A DNA stretch of 64,000 nt from Octopus bimaculoides (taxonomy: Eukaryota): the NCBI RefSeq assembly GCF_001194135.2, contig NC_068999.1, positions 32,953,910 to 33,017,909 on the forward strand. The letters are read 5' to 3'. The notes beneath the pieces were generated by a model, which searched no databases, was not told the origin of the DNA, and saw only the letters and a list, made by a program, of their open reading frames with translations. This document shows positions 1 through 13,329 of this stretch, one piece after another; position 1 is the stretch's first letter; the number at the start of each line of letters is the position of its first letter. Position numbers and translations under genes: made by a program.

Positions 1-466
1 AAATTGAAGTTCACAGGGCTTTCTGAATGACATACCTAAATATAAAAGTACCTTGATTTTTTTTCAGTTGTGTGGCTCACCTGATGATGTACCATATCTC
101 ATGAAACCTGCTTCTTGGGAAAATGTTGACCATGCCTGGTCTAATGTGTTCATGTGTCCATCCTTCTTTAAAACAGTAGGAGTGTAATTTATTCACATTT
201 TGCTGCTATTTATAGTGAAATGGCTGATATCCAGATTATTTTATGTGGAAGCAAGAAAAGTACTGTATGTCTTTGTAAAGAAACTTAGCCATTTTTCTCT
301 CACTTCCTTAACTCTTTCATTTTCCTTCCTTTCTGTAATCACTCAATCCACATCTCTTCTTCCTCTTTCGCCCCCTTCTCTTTCTCTCTCTCTCTCTCTC
401 TCTCCCATGCTGATTTCCACAGAAACCATTAGTAGCAAACATATGACATTGCCAATGTTGCTCTGT

Positions 467-480
467 GTTGCCATGACAAC
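467..480. promoter_or_regulatory. RFX X-box-like palindrome GTTGCCATGACAAC
   Basis: One mismatch from the symmetric X-box GTTGCCATGGCAAC. Function not shown. Confidence 0.3.
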
Positions 481-1254
481 CAAATTCCTCATCACCCTAT
501 CCATTCTGTGGCCAGCTACAGTGGCACACTGGGGGACTGACTGTTATTCAGGTTTACACCAATTATCAGTTTATTGTAAAATAACTCCTCCCTTTTTACT
601 GGATTTTCTTCATTATTCTTTTTTCTTATTTTCGCAAATAATTCTTTCATTATCAGTCAAATCAATCATTAACCTATTCTTTCTATGATCTTAAGAAAAG
701 CATGACCATCACAGCCTCCCATTTGTATTATCTAAGGTCTTTTATTAATTTATAATAAAAAAGATTTTTGGGGGGGGTTTTTTTCCCTGTTTTAGTATTA
801 CTTCTCATGCTGTAACTACACTTTGGAAAGCATTAATGTTACCACACAGAAAAGATTCCCTTCCTCTCTGCTTATGTAAAGAAATATGAGATCTAATGTC
901 TAAGAAAAAAAATATCAATTTTTATCACTTTTCTATTGCCACCTCCCTCATGTCTCCCTTCATATCTATCTTTCCCTGCCTCCATTTAATCCCTCTCACC
1001 CTGCTCTCACTATGTTATTGGAAGAGGAATCAGTGCCACATTCTGGTTGAAGAAGTTGACACCTCTCATTCAATGTTTTTCCTGTTCTTTGAGAAGACCT
1101 AGCTTTTACTCTGCATTTATGGAGATCACGTAACTGTGTGTTGGTAGGGATGATTAACAGGATTGATTTAATTGATTTATTAGAAATGTTATGCAGAAGA
1201 ATCCCAAGAACTGGTCTTCAGTGACAGAACAGTGCTAATATTAATAACAATGGT

Positions 1255-1830
1255 TTTAAATGTTGGCACATGGCTGGCAATTTTAGGAGGAGGGTATCAG
1301 TCGATCACATTGACCTCACTGCTCAACTGGTACTTATTTTGAGAATTCCAAGGCAAATTTGATCTTGGCAGAATTGAAATGTCACTAAGCATTTTGTTTG
1401 ACATGCTAATGTTTCTGCCAACTTGCCACCTTAATAATGCTTTCAAATTTTGGCACAGGGCTAGCAGTTTGTGAAGGGAGGGAGAAGTTGATTACATCAA
1501 CTCCAGTATTTGGCTGGTACTTATTTTATGGACCCTGAAAGGATGAAAGCAGAGCCAACCTCAGCAGAATTTGAATTCAGTGTATGAAGACAGAGAAAAT
1601 GCTGCGAAGCAGTTTACCTGGCCTGTTAATGATTCTGCCAGCTCACTGCCTTAATAATTTCAAAAACACACAAAAGGAATGTGTAGTTCAGTCAATCAAT
1701 CCCAGTGCCTAACTGGTACTTTATTTTATCAACCCCAATATTTGACTGCTTCTTTATTTTATTGACCCCTGAGTAGTGAAAGGTAATGTCTGCTCTGTGG
1801 AATTTAATTCAGGATGCTCAGTCCTAATCA
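1255..1830 (-). mobile_element. Head-to-tail array of the (ATT)n-tailed SINE family, reverse orientation
   Basis: Reverse complements of the family motifs (ctggtacttatttt, ggatgaaa, gaatttgaa, ctgccagctc). Confidence 0.8.
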
Positions 1831-2169
1831 GGTGATATCACTCTTCATTCCTCCTACATTTTCACACTCAGGTGTCTTCCATATGCAGCTTAGACCCCTC
1901 ACACCAAATTTGTGCTGACCCTTGCACTGAAAACTCAAAACATCTTCCAAAGTTATCATGATAATCTTGTGTCCATAACAGCACAAGCACATGATCACTT
2001 CACATATTGCGGAAATATTATGGCACCTTAAACATGAGAACCCTCCCCTTAACAATTTCAATCCTCTACAAAACTCTAGTGAGATTCACAGTGGAAAACT
2101 GCTTGCAGCTTCAGGGCTTTGCTGATGCTACATATACAGGTTTCTTAGACGGTTTCCAAAGGAAACCCA

Positions 2170-2500
2170 CTTGACAAATTGGCATAAAGTCACTCACAAA
2201 CAAGACTCCAACTTCTCACTCAATTATATTGCATCCTCTCTCAATGTTTACTGCTGCTACTACAATGGCCTCTGCTTCTCAAATCTATCTGGTCTCTTAC
2301 CACCTCCATTTGACACATGCAACATACTCAACTCTCTTCCTCCCATCACTCATATTTTGTCCTCCTGCTCTCATGCAGACCCTACACTGATCACTACACC
2401 AGCCCTTCCTCCCTTGAACTTCTGAAATTCTATTCCTGTGCATGTTTTTCTGACTGGGAGTGAACCTGTCAGATTTAACATTTATGTTCTCCTGAGTGGA
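2170..2500 (+). mobile_element. L2/CR1-group LINE 3' ORF2 remnant
   Basis: ASSLNVYCCYYNGLCFSNLSGLLPPP resembles the (A)SLSLFYRYYNGxCSxELxxLVPP motif, followed by a decayed PRT..WNS.P.HVF-like stretch. Confidence 0.6.
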
Positions 2501-4242
2501 AGAGAGATTTGATTGAGTGACCACCTATAAGCTTCCGTGGTGGCTTGTAGTCCACAGTAGAACAAGCAGTTCTCATACTTGAAACACTGATCAACTGCTT
2601 TGATTCAATCAGAATACATTGGAGTGGGGTGGCTGTTATGTAACAATAATTAGAAAGAGAATCTCTCTCTCTAAACTACATAGTGTGTATGAGAAAAATA
2701 ACCAACAATCCAGAGAAACTAGCAATGGTCAAGCTATCAGGAAGAAAGCAAAACAAAAAAGTATATCAAGTTGTGGTCCATGAGGAGAGTTCTGACATTT
2801 CAATCAGGGAAATTCTTTGAAGAATTTAAGATGATCTCTGTCTAAAACACCAAAATTCCCTTCCTGCAATGCATAAACTTATTTGACTAGCTTTCTGTAA
2901 CAGGTCATCTTAGTCTGGGTAAAAAATATATCAAATGATGATGATAGTACATCATCATCATCATCGTTTAACATCCACCTTCCATGCAGGCATGGGTTGG
3001 ACGGCTTGACAGGCTATGTTCATTAATATTGCACAGCTAATTATCATAACTTACTTGATGATAGTTAAGCAAATTACAGTAAATCATTCACTGTTGTTAC
3101 ACTATCACAGATGTTTCATTTGTATGTGAGTGTGTTGTTGCCAAATTGATAACATCATGTGATCTGCACTGACCAAACTTCAGCCCAGTACCCAGAAGTC
3201 ATCTTGGTCTCCTCCCTATTCTATGAGCCTGATGAGTTAGGTCTGTTTTTAAGCTACATGGAGCTGAATCAAACTGTTATTAAAAAATAAATGTGTATAT
3301 ATTATTTAATAACAGGCACAGGCATGGGTGTGTTGTAAGAACTACATTGTTTCGGGTTCAGTTCCACTGCATGACATGTCTTCTACCATAGCCTTTGACT
3401 AACCAAAGCCTTGTGAGTAGATTTAGTAGAGGGAAATTGAAAGAAGCTAGTTGTAATGCCTTGAAGGATCTTTAGTCATATGAATCCCTCCTGTCCTTAA
3501 GTTTTTTTTAAACCTGGTGGTTCTTATTCCATTGGTTTCTTTTGTTGAACCACTAAGTTACAGGGACATAAAACACCAACACCAGTTGTGGTGTGGAGTT
3601 GGTCTTCAAACTCCATACATGGATAGCCAACATAGTTGAGTTACTTTTGTTGATGTGCCAGAAAGAACCTGGGTGGTTTACATAACAACTTTTTTAGATC
3701 ACCTTTGCATAACTCAGTGTAATTCTTTTCAATTAAGTTATTTTGAAGCATTGCTGTTACTCCTGCCTTGTATATGACAGAGTTTATCACACACACCTGG
3801 TCATGTGGACAAGCTTCAGAGTCTTGACAGTTGCAACTGGGAGTAGGCTCTTGGTGATTTTTATGAGTCATAGTGTTCTTCATATTGTGTGATATTTTAA
3901 TTGAGCATCTATTAAAAATTTTCCTGTATTTGTGAATTTTGAGGAAATGCTTGCTAAAAGAATCAGGAATATCTTGCCTACATTAGTCTTAATATTTAGA
4001 GAGAAAGGAGGGCCAAACCAAATTATTTTTCTAGGTTTATTTTTAGGTCCATTTTTGATTCAGGTTTTTACTTGAAGGATTGTGATATATCTTATCTTTG
4101 AAGCCGCCGTTAGCTAGGGCATTGTTATAGTAGGGGACATGGAACTATTAGTTCTTTTGGTTTACATATTAAATTGATATTTATCTCTTGTGCCACATGA
4201 AAAGTACCCAGTTTATTCTGTAAAGTGGTTGGCATTAGGAAG

Positions 4243-4515
4243 GGCATCCAGCCATAAAAACCATGGCAAAACAGCCAGTGGAGTTTGGTGCAGTCCTCTG
4301 GTTTGCCAGCTTCTGTCAGGTCTTCCAACCCATGCCAGTATGGAAAACCAACATAAGAATGATGGTGATGATATTATATATGTAATCATCATCGTCAATA
4401 TGGCTTAATGGCTGTTTTCCATGTTGGCATAAGTTTGGATGTCTCGACAGGAGCTTGCTAGCCAGAGGACTGCACCAAACTCCACTGTGTTTTGGCGTGG
4501 ATTTTATGGCTAGAT

Positions 4516-4518
<3 letters not shown>
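4243..4518. repeat. Tail-to-tail inverted pair of RTE-like 3' tails forming a ~115-bp stem
   Basis: 4243-4357 (gcatccagccataaaa..cagtggagtttggtgcagtcctctgg..atggaaaac) pairs with 4403-4518 (gttttccatg..ccagaggactgcaccaaactccactg..ttttatggctagatgc). Confidence 0.85.
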
Positions 4519-4579
<61 letters not shown>

Positions 4580-4638
4580 NNNNNNNNNNNNNNNNNNNNN
4601 NNNNNNNNNNNNNNNNNNNNNNNNNNNNNNNNNNNNNN

Positions 4639-4722
<84 letters not shown>

Positions 4723-6079
4723 CGTATACATGCATGTACACACTCACACATATTTATACACGTATATACTAGCAGCTAAGCCCGGTTTCACCCGGTTGGT
4801 TTGGATGATGTGACTGTAAAACCTGCTCTGTGTAAGCATTTGACTTTTTTGGGCACGCTTATGTTAAAAAATAATTTTAGAATGACTTTTTTCTGTCAAA
4901 ACGCTAAAAATAACTGACCAAATCAAAAAATAAACCCAAATACTAAGCAAACAAAGATGAACCATCCCACTTCCATTGCGCACGCACACACAAACACACA
5001 CACACACATTCACATATCCCCCTTTTACATACACACATATTCACAGAGTTGAAGCGCTGTTTGATTTTTATTTTCAGTATACAATTTTCATCATCCCACT
5101 ACCAAGTATGACATCACCCCTTCCTTTCTCATTCAAAAACACAAGAGTATTATTATAGTACATTATCTCTGTAACCATGGGAGCTATGAAAAAAACACAA
5201 AGTCCAGCATCACCACCGGATCATTCTACACATCTGTGTANNNNNNNNNNNNNNNNNNNNNNNNNNNNNNNNNNNNNNNNNNNNNNNNNNNNNNNNNNNN
5301 NNNNNNNNNNNNNNNNNNNNNNNNNNNNNNNNNNNNNNNNNNNNNNNNNNNNNNNNNNNNNNNNNNNNNNNNNNNNNNNNNNNNNNNNNNNNNNNNNNNN
5401 NNNNNNNNNNNNNNNNNNNNNNNNNNNNNNNNNNNNNNNNNNNNNNNNNNNNNNNNTATATATATATATATATATATGGCATAACTTTCATTTGCTTTTT
5501 AGGTGTATAATTCTGTTTCTTGCAATGATGATCTTGTCTTCTAGTACATTCATAAAAAGAAATACAAAAGGAGTGAGAGTGCACAAAATCAGTGTCAGTT
5601 TATTGTTTGCATTCCTCTGCTTTATATTTTTTATTCAATTGATGTTGAAAGTTCTTCAAACTCCCTGGCTGTTCTCCATCTCAGCTAGGCCAGTGTTCTC
5701 TCAACAATACACTCACACACCTGATACTTTATTGAATTTCTTTAATAACTCACTTGTCACAACTGCTTATATCATATTCAAGTAAATACTGCTTTTGAAA
5801 GCAAGCTCCGCTTAAGTTAACAAGCGTTACGACAACAACTTAGGGTCTCTTCTACTTCTCTCTCTCTCCTCCTCTCTCTCTCTCTCTCCACTGATTTATT
5901 GCTGCTATGTAGCAGCTGTCTTTACCACTCTGTGCATTTCTGCAATTATTCCTCGACAACAACTTATGCCTAGTCTTCAATTCCTTCAGCAATTATTACA
6001 GCTCTTCAAGAACTAGCTTGAGCTGGCTTTGCATTTAGCAATAAGCCTCTTGTGTTCTCTCTCTCTCTCTCTGTCTTTT

Positions 6080-6165
6080 TCTCTTTCTCTCTCCTCACTC
6101 TTTCTCTTTCTCTCTCCTCACTCTTTCTCTTTCTCTCTCCTCACTCTTTCTCTTCCTCTCCCTCC
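6080..6165. repeat. 23-bp pyrimidine tandem repeat (~3.5 copies)
   Basis: ctctctcctcactctttctcttt repeated. Confidence 0.8.
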
Positions 6166-6641
6166 CTGTTAATTTCTCCCTCATTATCAAGTTCTCTCTG
6201 TTGAACTAATGATGTCGATGTTTTTATCTCAGGTGGCTTTGACAGATAAGTCATATAACCATGCCACAGGAAATAAAGATAACTTGTGTATTTGCTTATT
6301 TGTACTTGTGTACGTACACACACACACACACACACATTTAAACTAGACACATATGTAAACACATGATGCACATACATTAACACACACACACACAAACTAC
6401 ATACATATGTAAACGCATGATGCACATACATTCACCATGCACACGTGTGTGTGTGTGTGTGCATGTGTGTTTTACAATATTGTTTAATATGAAACACACT
6501 TAATTTTTCCTTCTATATTTATAATGTTCATTTGCGATTACAGTGCCCTAGATTTATCATCATCATTATTATTACTTTAGAAAGACAAAAAAAAAAAACA
6601 AAAACAGACAAATGCATTAACCTTATTTCTTGTTGCTTCAG

Positions 6642-6968
6642 GATTTTTGCCTGTTGATTGTGTGCTTTTAATTTTTGTTGTTTCTTTTACATGGATATTT
6701 TTAAAAAGTACTAAAATATAAAATGCCTGCCGTCCCCATTCTCTCCTCCCTCCCCTGGTAACTCCCTCTACCCATCTTTAATGAAGTTGTGGAAAATGCT
6801 TGAATTCGATTCTGCTATGTATGGAAGCTTCAGGGGCCAGAATCTCCTCTCCCTCAACTCCACCTTCTCTTTCTCCTTTTTCATATTGAATGCAGTTGTG
6901 GTGGTGATGGGTTTTTTTTTAAAGCTTCACACATCTAATAAGTTAGTGCTAGTTATGTTGAGGCACAG
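6642..6968 (+). CDS. Candidate 5' exon of Dlg ending ...MLRH + R (frame open from ATG 6781; nearest ATG 6955)
   Basis: TTAAC (6617-6621) and ccttatttcttgttgcttcAG acceptor (6640-6641). CAG|GTAACA donor at 6969 falls in phase 2 of ORF 6781..6972. It follows a CpG/CT-repeat patch at ~5800-6460. Confidence 0.3.
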
Positions 6969-8118
6969 GTAACAGCATTCAGTAATGGTGTACTTCGTAA
7001 TAAATAGACTTTTTTTTTTATTTGTACAAAATGCCAAAAAATAAATAATAAAAGAAGAAAAAGGAAAATCTATTGATTCCAGTAATTAAGTTTCTGGTCA
7101 TGGATCTCTTCAAATGTTCCTGTGTTGTTAATAATAAATGTCAATATATTTTATGAATATACCACGAACAGACTGTTGCATATGAACACAAACACACACA
7201 CACATTCCTGCCTGCCGCCACTCACTCACCCACTCTCTCTTTTCTATTCTTCCACTTTGTCTTTTTGTCTATCTCTTTCCCTACATTTTCTCTAAAAGTA
7301 GTTATATTAAAATGTCTTGATATTTTCATTGTATGTTTAAGACAATTTTAATTTAATGTGTATTATTCCAAATATCATTTGCTTATAGTTAAAGTTGGTT
7401 GGATTCCAAAATGTGGAAAATGGTGACATTGGCATAAGTTTATTACAAAATAAAAATAAAAGAAGAAATAAAAACAAATAACGGTAAATGAAAGAAGAAA
7501 CAAAAGTGAAAATAATTGACATTTAAACAAGTGTTGGGCAGTGACATTCTTTGAAGAAATATTTCTCTTGATAAAGAAAACCTTCACTGACCTATATGTA
7601 AGACAGCACTTAATCAACTGGACAAAACAACTAAGATATTTCTTTAGATGGACAAGATAAAGATTGTCTATTTAAAGAATTACTGACTTTACCTGCTCAT
7701 TAGTGGAGTTCTAATTGAGCAGTTTTAACCATTTCAACTCCTCTGATCAACATTTTTTCCCTATTATTTGGTTTTTACTTTTATTGATTTATTTTGTTTC
7801 TTAACAAATATATAACTATTATTTAACTCCCTGTCATTGTTTTACAAATATATTACAATTGTTTACTTCCCTTTTGTCTGTCTATATATGTAGAATTGTT
7901 ATCACCATACAGTGATAACATTCTCTTACAGTTTCAGTTAATCATTGAAATGGTTCAGTTAAATAACTGATATTTTCTTATTTTTTGATAAAATAAAATG
8001 GTGTTTGGAATACAGTTTTAAGGATTCTTCCATAATTCTGTAAAGAAAGTTGACATTTGGATCTAAATATACCATCTCACTTGAAACTGCACAGGAATAT
8101 GGGAAATTTTAGGTGAGA

Positions 8119-8375
8119 TGGTAATTGAAGACCAGAGGTGGTCTCAGATGAATTAGTAACTAAGAAACAGAGGTAGTTTCAGGTAAGTTGGTAATTTTAG
8201 ACCAGAAGTGGTCCTTATTTGGTAACTTAGAACCAACATTGGTTTTAGGTAAATTGGTAACTTAGGACTAAAGATTGTTTCAAGTGTATTAGTAACTTGG
8301 AACCAAGGGTGGTCTCAGATGGCAATGTAACTTCAGGCTTGGGGAAGTTGGTGACTGAACCAAGTATGGTTTGAG
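8119..8375. repeat. Degenerate ~35-bp minisatellite (~8 units)
   Basis: Units such as ggtaattgaagaccagaggtggtctcagatgaatt / agtaactaagaaacagaggtagtttcaggtaagtt / ggtaacttagaaccaacattggttttaggtaaatt. Confidence 0.8.
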
Positions 8376-8485
8376 GCATATTGTTGTTGCAGATGTTAAG
8401 CATTTTATATAATATTGGAAGGGATAAGTGAATAGCGACTGGGTTATGGTACCTGAAGTATGTCCAGTAACACTTGTTTATTTGT

Positions 8486-8700
8486 GTGTCCTTGCAAAAC
8501 GTGACTAATACTGTAAATCCCTTGCAATACATAATTAATGCTACATGTCCTTGCGAGACATCGATAATGCTACATGAACCCTGTAAGATATGACATATGC
8601 TACATACCTATATGACTAATACTACATGTCCTTTGTAAGAGACACAACTAATGTTTCAGGTCCTTTGCAAGACATAACTAATACCTCATGTCTGTTGCAA
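8486..8700. repeat. Degenerate ~29-30-bp minisatellite (~7 units)
   Basis: Approximate consensus actaatactacatgtccttgcaagacata. Confidence 0.75.
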
Positions 8701-11700
8701 CACTGATGCCAGAGATGCCAACAGTAGGTATCATTTTGAGACAGATAAACTGAGGAATAAAAATAAAATTGTTACAATATATTTATTTATTTAGTTAACC
8801 TGTCTGAACAGATTTCGCTACCATTCCAAGTTTTACATAGCTTTCCTCAAGTCCATACAATGGATCTAATGATTTCCTGCTTCTGCTACTCCTGGTATTT
8901 TGCTATGGTGCCCCAAGGGTGATAATAGAACACAAAAGCAGTTGAGCTTTAAATATTTATTATCTCCCCTTTACTGTTTTTTTTTTTTTTAGGTTGTGTT
9001 GTAAGCACTGAATCTACCAATTACACATCTATTGTTTATTGATAGTGGATTTAACTTTCTATTTGTGATTGTTCCAAATATCAGTTATTCTGCTGCTACT
9101 GCTTATATCATGGCAAGAATATGTTCACTAAACCACAATAGCAATATTCTGACAGCACTAGTAAAAAGAACCAAAATCTTACCCTGAGAGTTAAAAAATA
9201 TAGAAAACATCTAGCCAGCTTCCTCCTCTCGTGTAACAACGAACTTGATTTCTTAAAAACTTTCCATCATTTGTTGTCCTCATCTTTTTGTCATGTTCAT
9301 TCTTGTAAGGGTTTGATAAGTTTGGTTTATCAAATTAATGTATCCAAGATAATGTAGTCCTTGCATTTTTAGAATGTAAGATATAATTTGAGGGTAATTT
9401 TGTTACTATTTTTAGCAAGTCAAGTAACCAAGTATATCCCTCCCTGTCTCTGCTTTATTGGAATCATTGTTTAGCAATTAGTATCTCTTGAAGTAATGTT
9501 TCTGACATGTCAGTAACTGTAATCATAGTGATAAACAGAGCAGTTTATTGTATATAACATAGCCTCATACATACTGTGTATAAGATAACCTCTTAGATAC
9601 TATATATATATATATATATATATAATATGATATAGCTATACAGATACTGTATATAACATTGCTTTAGTTAATCATTTAACTGCAAAATTAAATTTCATGG
9701 CTATACCAGTAAGGATGTTAAGAATCTACCAAAAAAAAAGAAATATTTTCTGCAAGTCACGTTGCCTCAATAAACTTGACATAACTTGACAAAAAAATAG
9801 TTAGAAACATGACATTCCTCAACAAAAGATAGAATAGTATATAAAACTGCTATCTTCAGTCAAGGATAATGAAATTTTGAGAGTATATCTGATTTTTGTA
9901 GTAAAACAGTTAAAATGTGATACTGTATATAACACATCCTCAGTTAAGATGTGAAATTCATAGATAATACATGTAACATATAGCACCAATTAAGAAGTAT
10001 TCATGGATAATCTTGCACACCATGTGAACTTGTATATTAATATCCAAAGTTGTTCTTTGTGACACACTTGCTGTAGATCAGTGTTGCATGAAGGGAGTGG
10101 CACTGTTTATATAGTACAAGACTTGTCGTTGACATGTCCTCCACAAGGTCTCAACAAGGAAATAACTTTCATTCTAGCCATTCCAAAGTAACTCTGTTCT
10201 TTTGAGATTCAACTAATTAGGAAATACTTATGGATTCTCTACTGAGTCTATATTGAGCTGTGTTATTGTGTTGGGGAACAGGGGTTATGGTATTTAGATT
10301 GCTATTGTTTGTAGCATCCAGTACTACATTAACTTGGAAGTTATTGGCCCTGGATGTAGAGAGGAGTTGAGTCCACCTACACTGGTTCTTGTAGTATGTC
10401 CACCCACCACTTGTTCTTTGATGGATCCACAGTGAATTCTCCTTGTTTAAATGCTGATGTCTGTTTCTGACTATGTCATATGAAGTTAGTGAAATAATTC
10501 AGTTTTAGCTGTCTTTTCTAACATCAACATCTCTCATGCTTTCTGATTGATAGTAGAACATAACTAATTCTACTCATTTCAATATCAACCTAGTATTTCT
10601 GTCTCAAGTTCCACAACCCTGTTAATACCTTATTCTTCTTTCTCAAAATATTTTTCAAGCAACATTTAAGGTTTGCTATGATTTCACTTCATGTGTTAGT
10701 TTACTGGCCATTAACAACATCTTTATAATCTTTGTTGACAGAAACTTTCAATCATTATTGTATCAAGACACTAATTTATGTATGCAGAACAATTTCCTGT
10801 AAGCTTTCATAATTCTTATCTACTATATATTCTGTGAATGGTGCAGAGTTTGTGTTAAGTTTCAAGAGGTTTTTGAGGGCCAACTGAATATGTGAGAAAG
10901 AAATCTCACTTTGAATATGACAGCAGTCTATTTTGTGCTTCCGTTCTAGATGGTCTGTTAACTATTTTTCATAGCTTAGTAAACAAAGACATAGAATGAA
11001 GTGTAGCAGAATGAAACACCTGCACTGAAATTGAAGTGAAAATCTGTGAATAAGAATTGAACTCATGTTCCTGTGATCCCAGGTTGAATTCCATTGTCTG
11101 TTCCACTAATGTTTATTCCTTCTACTATAGTTACAACCAAACATTCCAGTATGTTTATATATGATAACATTTAGGTGGTTGTTGTGTAATAAGTTATCGC
11201 TGCAACATTTTAACATCATATTTTATCTAACTTACAGAAACAACATTCTTCTTGTTTCTGTCTTTCTTGCACAATTCCAGTCAATCTTCTTTGCCATTGT
11301 CTGTAGTTCTACCCTTTCTCGATAAGCTGATAGAAAAGTTTTCTGGCATTATCTGCTATCTCTTTATGGACAAACCTGTCTTTTGTTTGCATTACAATAA
11401 CTTAAGCGCCTTCTTTCACTCAAACTTAGTTAAACATCTGTTCTGCTTTCACATTTCTTTGTTTTCCCTTTCCCTCCTCACCCCCAACTCTACGGCAGTA
11501 ATGTACTTATGAATATATGATAATGCCTTCACTACCACATAACACCACGTCCTTACCTCTGCACATTAAGGGCTTACTCCCACCCTTTATTGCCAAACAT
11601 CTTAACCACCACACTGCAAGTCCTCACTACCTTACTATGCCACTTCATATCTCCTCTTCCAAGCTGCAACATGTGTCTAATTGCCGCACAATTTATCATC

Positions 11701-11711
11701 ACTGTTGTGAA

Positions 11712-12018
11712 GGCCCGTGGCTCAGTGGTTAGGGCATTCCGCTCACGATCGTAAGGTCGTGAGTTCAATTCCCGGCGACGCGTTGTGTCCTTCAGCAAGA
11801 CACTTTCTTTCACATTGCTCCAGTCCACTCAGCTGGCAAAAATGAGTAGTACCTGTATTTCAAAGGGCCAGCCTTGTCACGCTGAGTCTCCCTGAGAGCT
11901 GCGTTAGGGGTACACGTGTCTGTGGATTGCTCAGTCATTTGCATGTTAATTTCATGAGCAGGCTGTTCCGTTGATCGCATCAGCTGGGACCCTCGTCGTC
12001 GTAACCGACAGAGTGCTC
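11712..12018 (+). mobile_element. tRNA-derived SINE (apparently full length, CpG-rich, so probably young)
   Basis: A box TGGCTCAGTGG and B box GAGTTCAATTCC, followed by ttgtgtccttcagcaagacact and a SINE body. Confidence 0.85.
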
Positions 12019-12889
12019 CTATCATCACTGCTACATTATGCCACCATGCAACATGCCCTCACTACGAAACCTCACAACATTCATGATGTGTGCAAGTTAT
12101 TTATTCTCTAAAAATCATATGTCAACCACTGCACTATCTTGTACATTTATTAAACTTTAAAAGGTAGTCATCTCTCATAAGTTTAGTAAAAGATGATGAT
12201 GTCAGAATAATGTTGAAGTATGTCTGGAGTCATCTCATTTACTGGTTGTATGCAAGAAATGTTATTAGCCATTGATCAATATCTTTTCTCCTCAGTACAT
12301 ACTTACTACTAGTTACTTATTTTAATGTTTTATGTTTAAATAAGTTAATATTAACTTGCTGATGATAGAACACCTGATTTGTACATTTATCAAACTATTG
12401 TTTTTGCTGTTTGTGTAACAGTACTAAATAATTAGTCCCTCCTGAATTATCTATTTCATTTTGTCAACTCGACATCAGAAAGGGCTAAAGACAAGCACTT
12501 TCCTCTTTGGCCAAGCACTCATCAACTTTTTCAAGTTTCACTTGAAAAGGAAGTTGAGGGTGGAGAGGGATGTGTTGCTTTGTAGCAAGTTTGTTGAAAG
12601 GTGGGTGAATGTTGGAAGAATGGCCAGTATGAAAGGACCAATTCTGAGCATGCATCTGTAAACAAAAGAAGGGCTCTTGCCTTATTGTTCAGGCACCTGT
12701 GACTTTTGTAGGTTTTTTCATGAGGTCCTATTGGGAGTTTTAAATTGTTTAATTTTTAATCGTTATATATACTGTTTACATGTAAAACCCATTGTATCAT
12801 CCTGTTTTTGTCTTTTATGTTGTTGTATGTCTCTCGGTAATTTTATGTAAGCCCTTGTGGCCAATAAACAAATTATTATTATTATTATT

Positions 12890-13320
12890 ATTATTATGAG
12901 TGGTGGATTGGCAGAATTTTTAAACCGTTGAGCAAAATACCTTGTGGTATTTCTTCTAGTTCTTTACGTTCTGAGTTCAAATTCTGACAAGGTCAACTTT
13001 ACTTTCATTCTTCTGGGATCAATAAAGTACCAGTCAAGTACTGGGTCAATTTACTCAAAATAACCCCTCCTCTCAAAATTACTAGCCTTGTGCCTAAATT
13101 GAAAGCAATTATTGCAAAATTGTTAGCACACCAAACGAAATGCTTGGCAGTATTTTGTGTGTCTTTACATTCTGAGTTCATTTTCCGCTGAGTCAACTTC
13201 ACCTTTCATCTTTTTGGGGTTGATAAAATAAGCACCAGTTGAACACTGGGGCCAATGTAATCAACGTATCCCCTCCCCCAAAACTGCTGACCATGAGCCA
13301 AAATTTGAAAACCTGATTAT
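12890..13320 (+). mobile_element. (ATT)n-tailed SINE array (~2 copies)
   Basis: Repeated ttctgagttcaaatt..ctttcatc..taaa.taagtaccag motifs separated by (ATT)n. Confidence 0.8.
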
Positions 13321-13329
13321 TATTATTAT

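Noticed and set aside
423-551. Possible 129-nt phase-1 exon within ORF 200..688; contains MTLPM, the same pentapeptide as the 24492 candidate
   Set aside because: The donor is weak (CAG|GTTTAC), there is no Dlg similarity and the phase does not match PDZ3. The pentapeptide match was noticed post hoc and is compatible with chance.
8119-8700. Regular ~30-35-bp periodicity suggesting a CRISPR-like array
   Set aside because: Eukaryotic context; the units are degenerate tandem copies without unique spacers or cas genes.
11712-11785. tRNA-like sequence with A and B boxes (also at 29255 and 38675)
   Set aside because: There is no convincing acceptor-stem pairing, and it continues into a multi-copy SINE body. 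It is a SINE head, not a tRNA gene.
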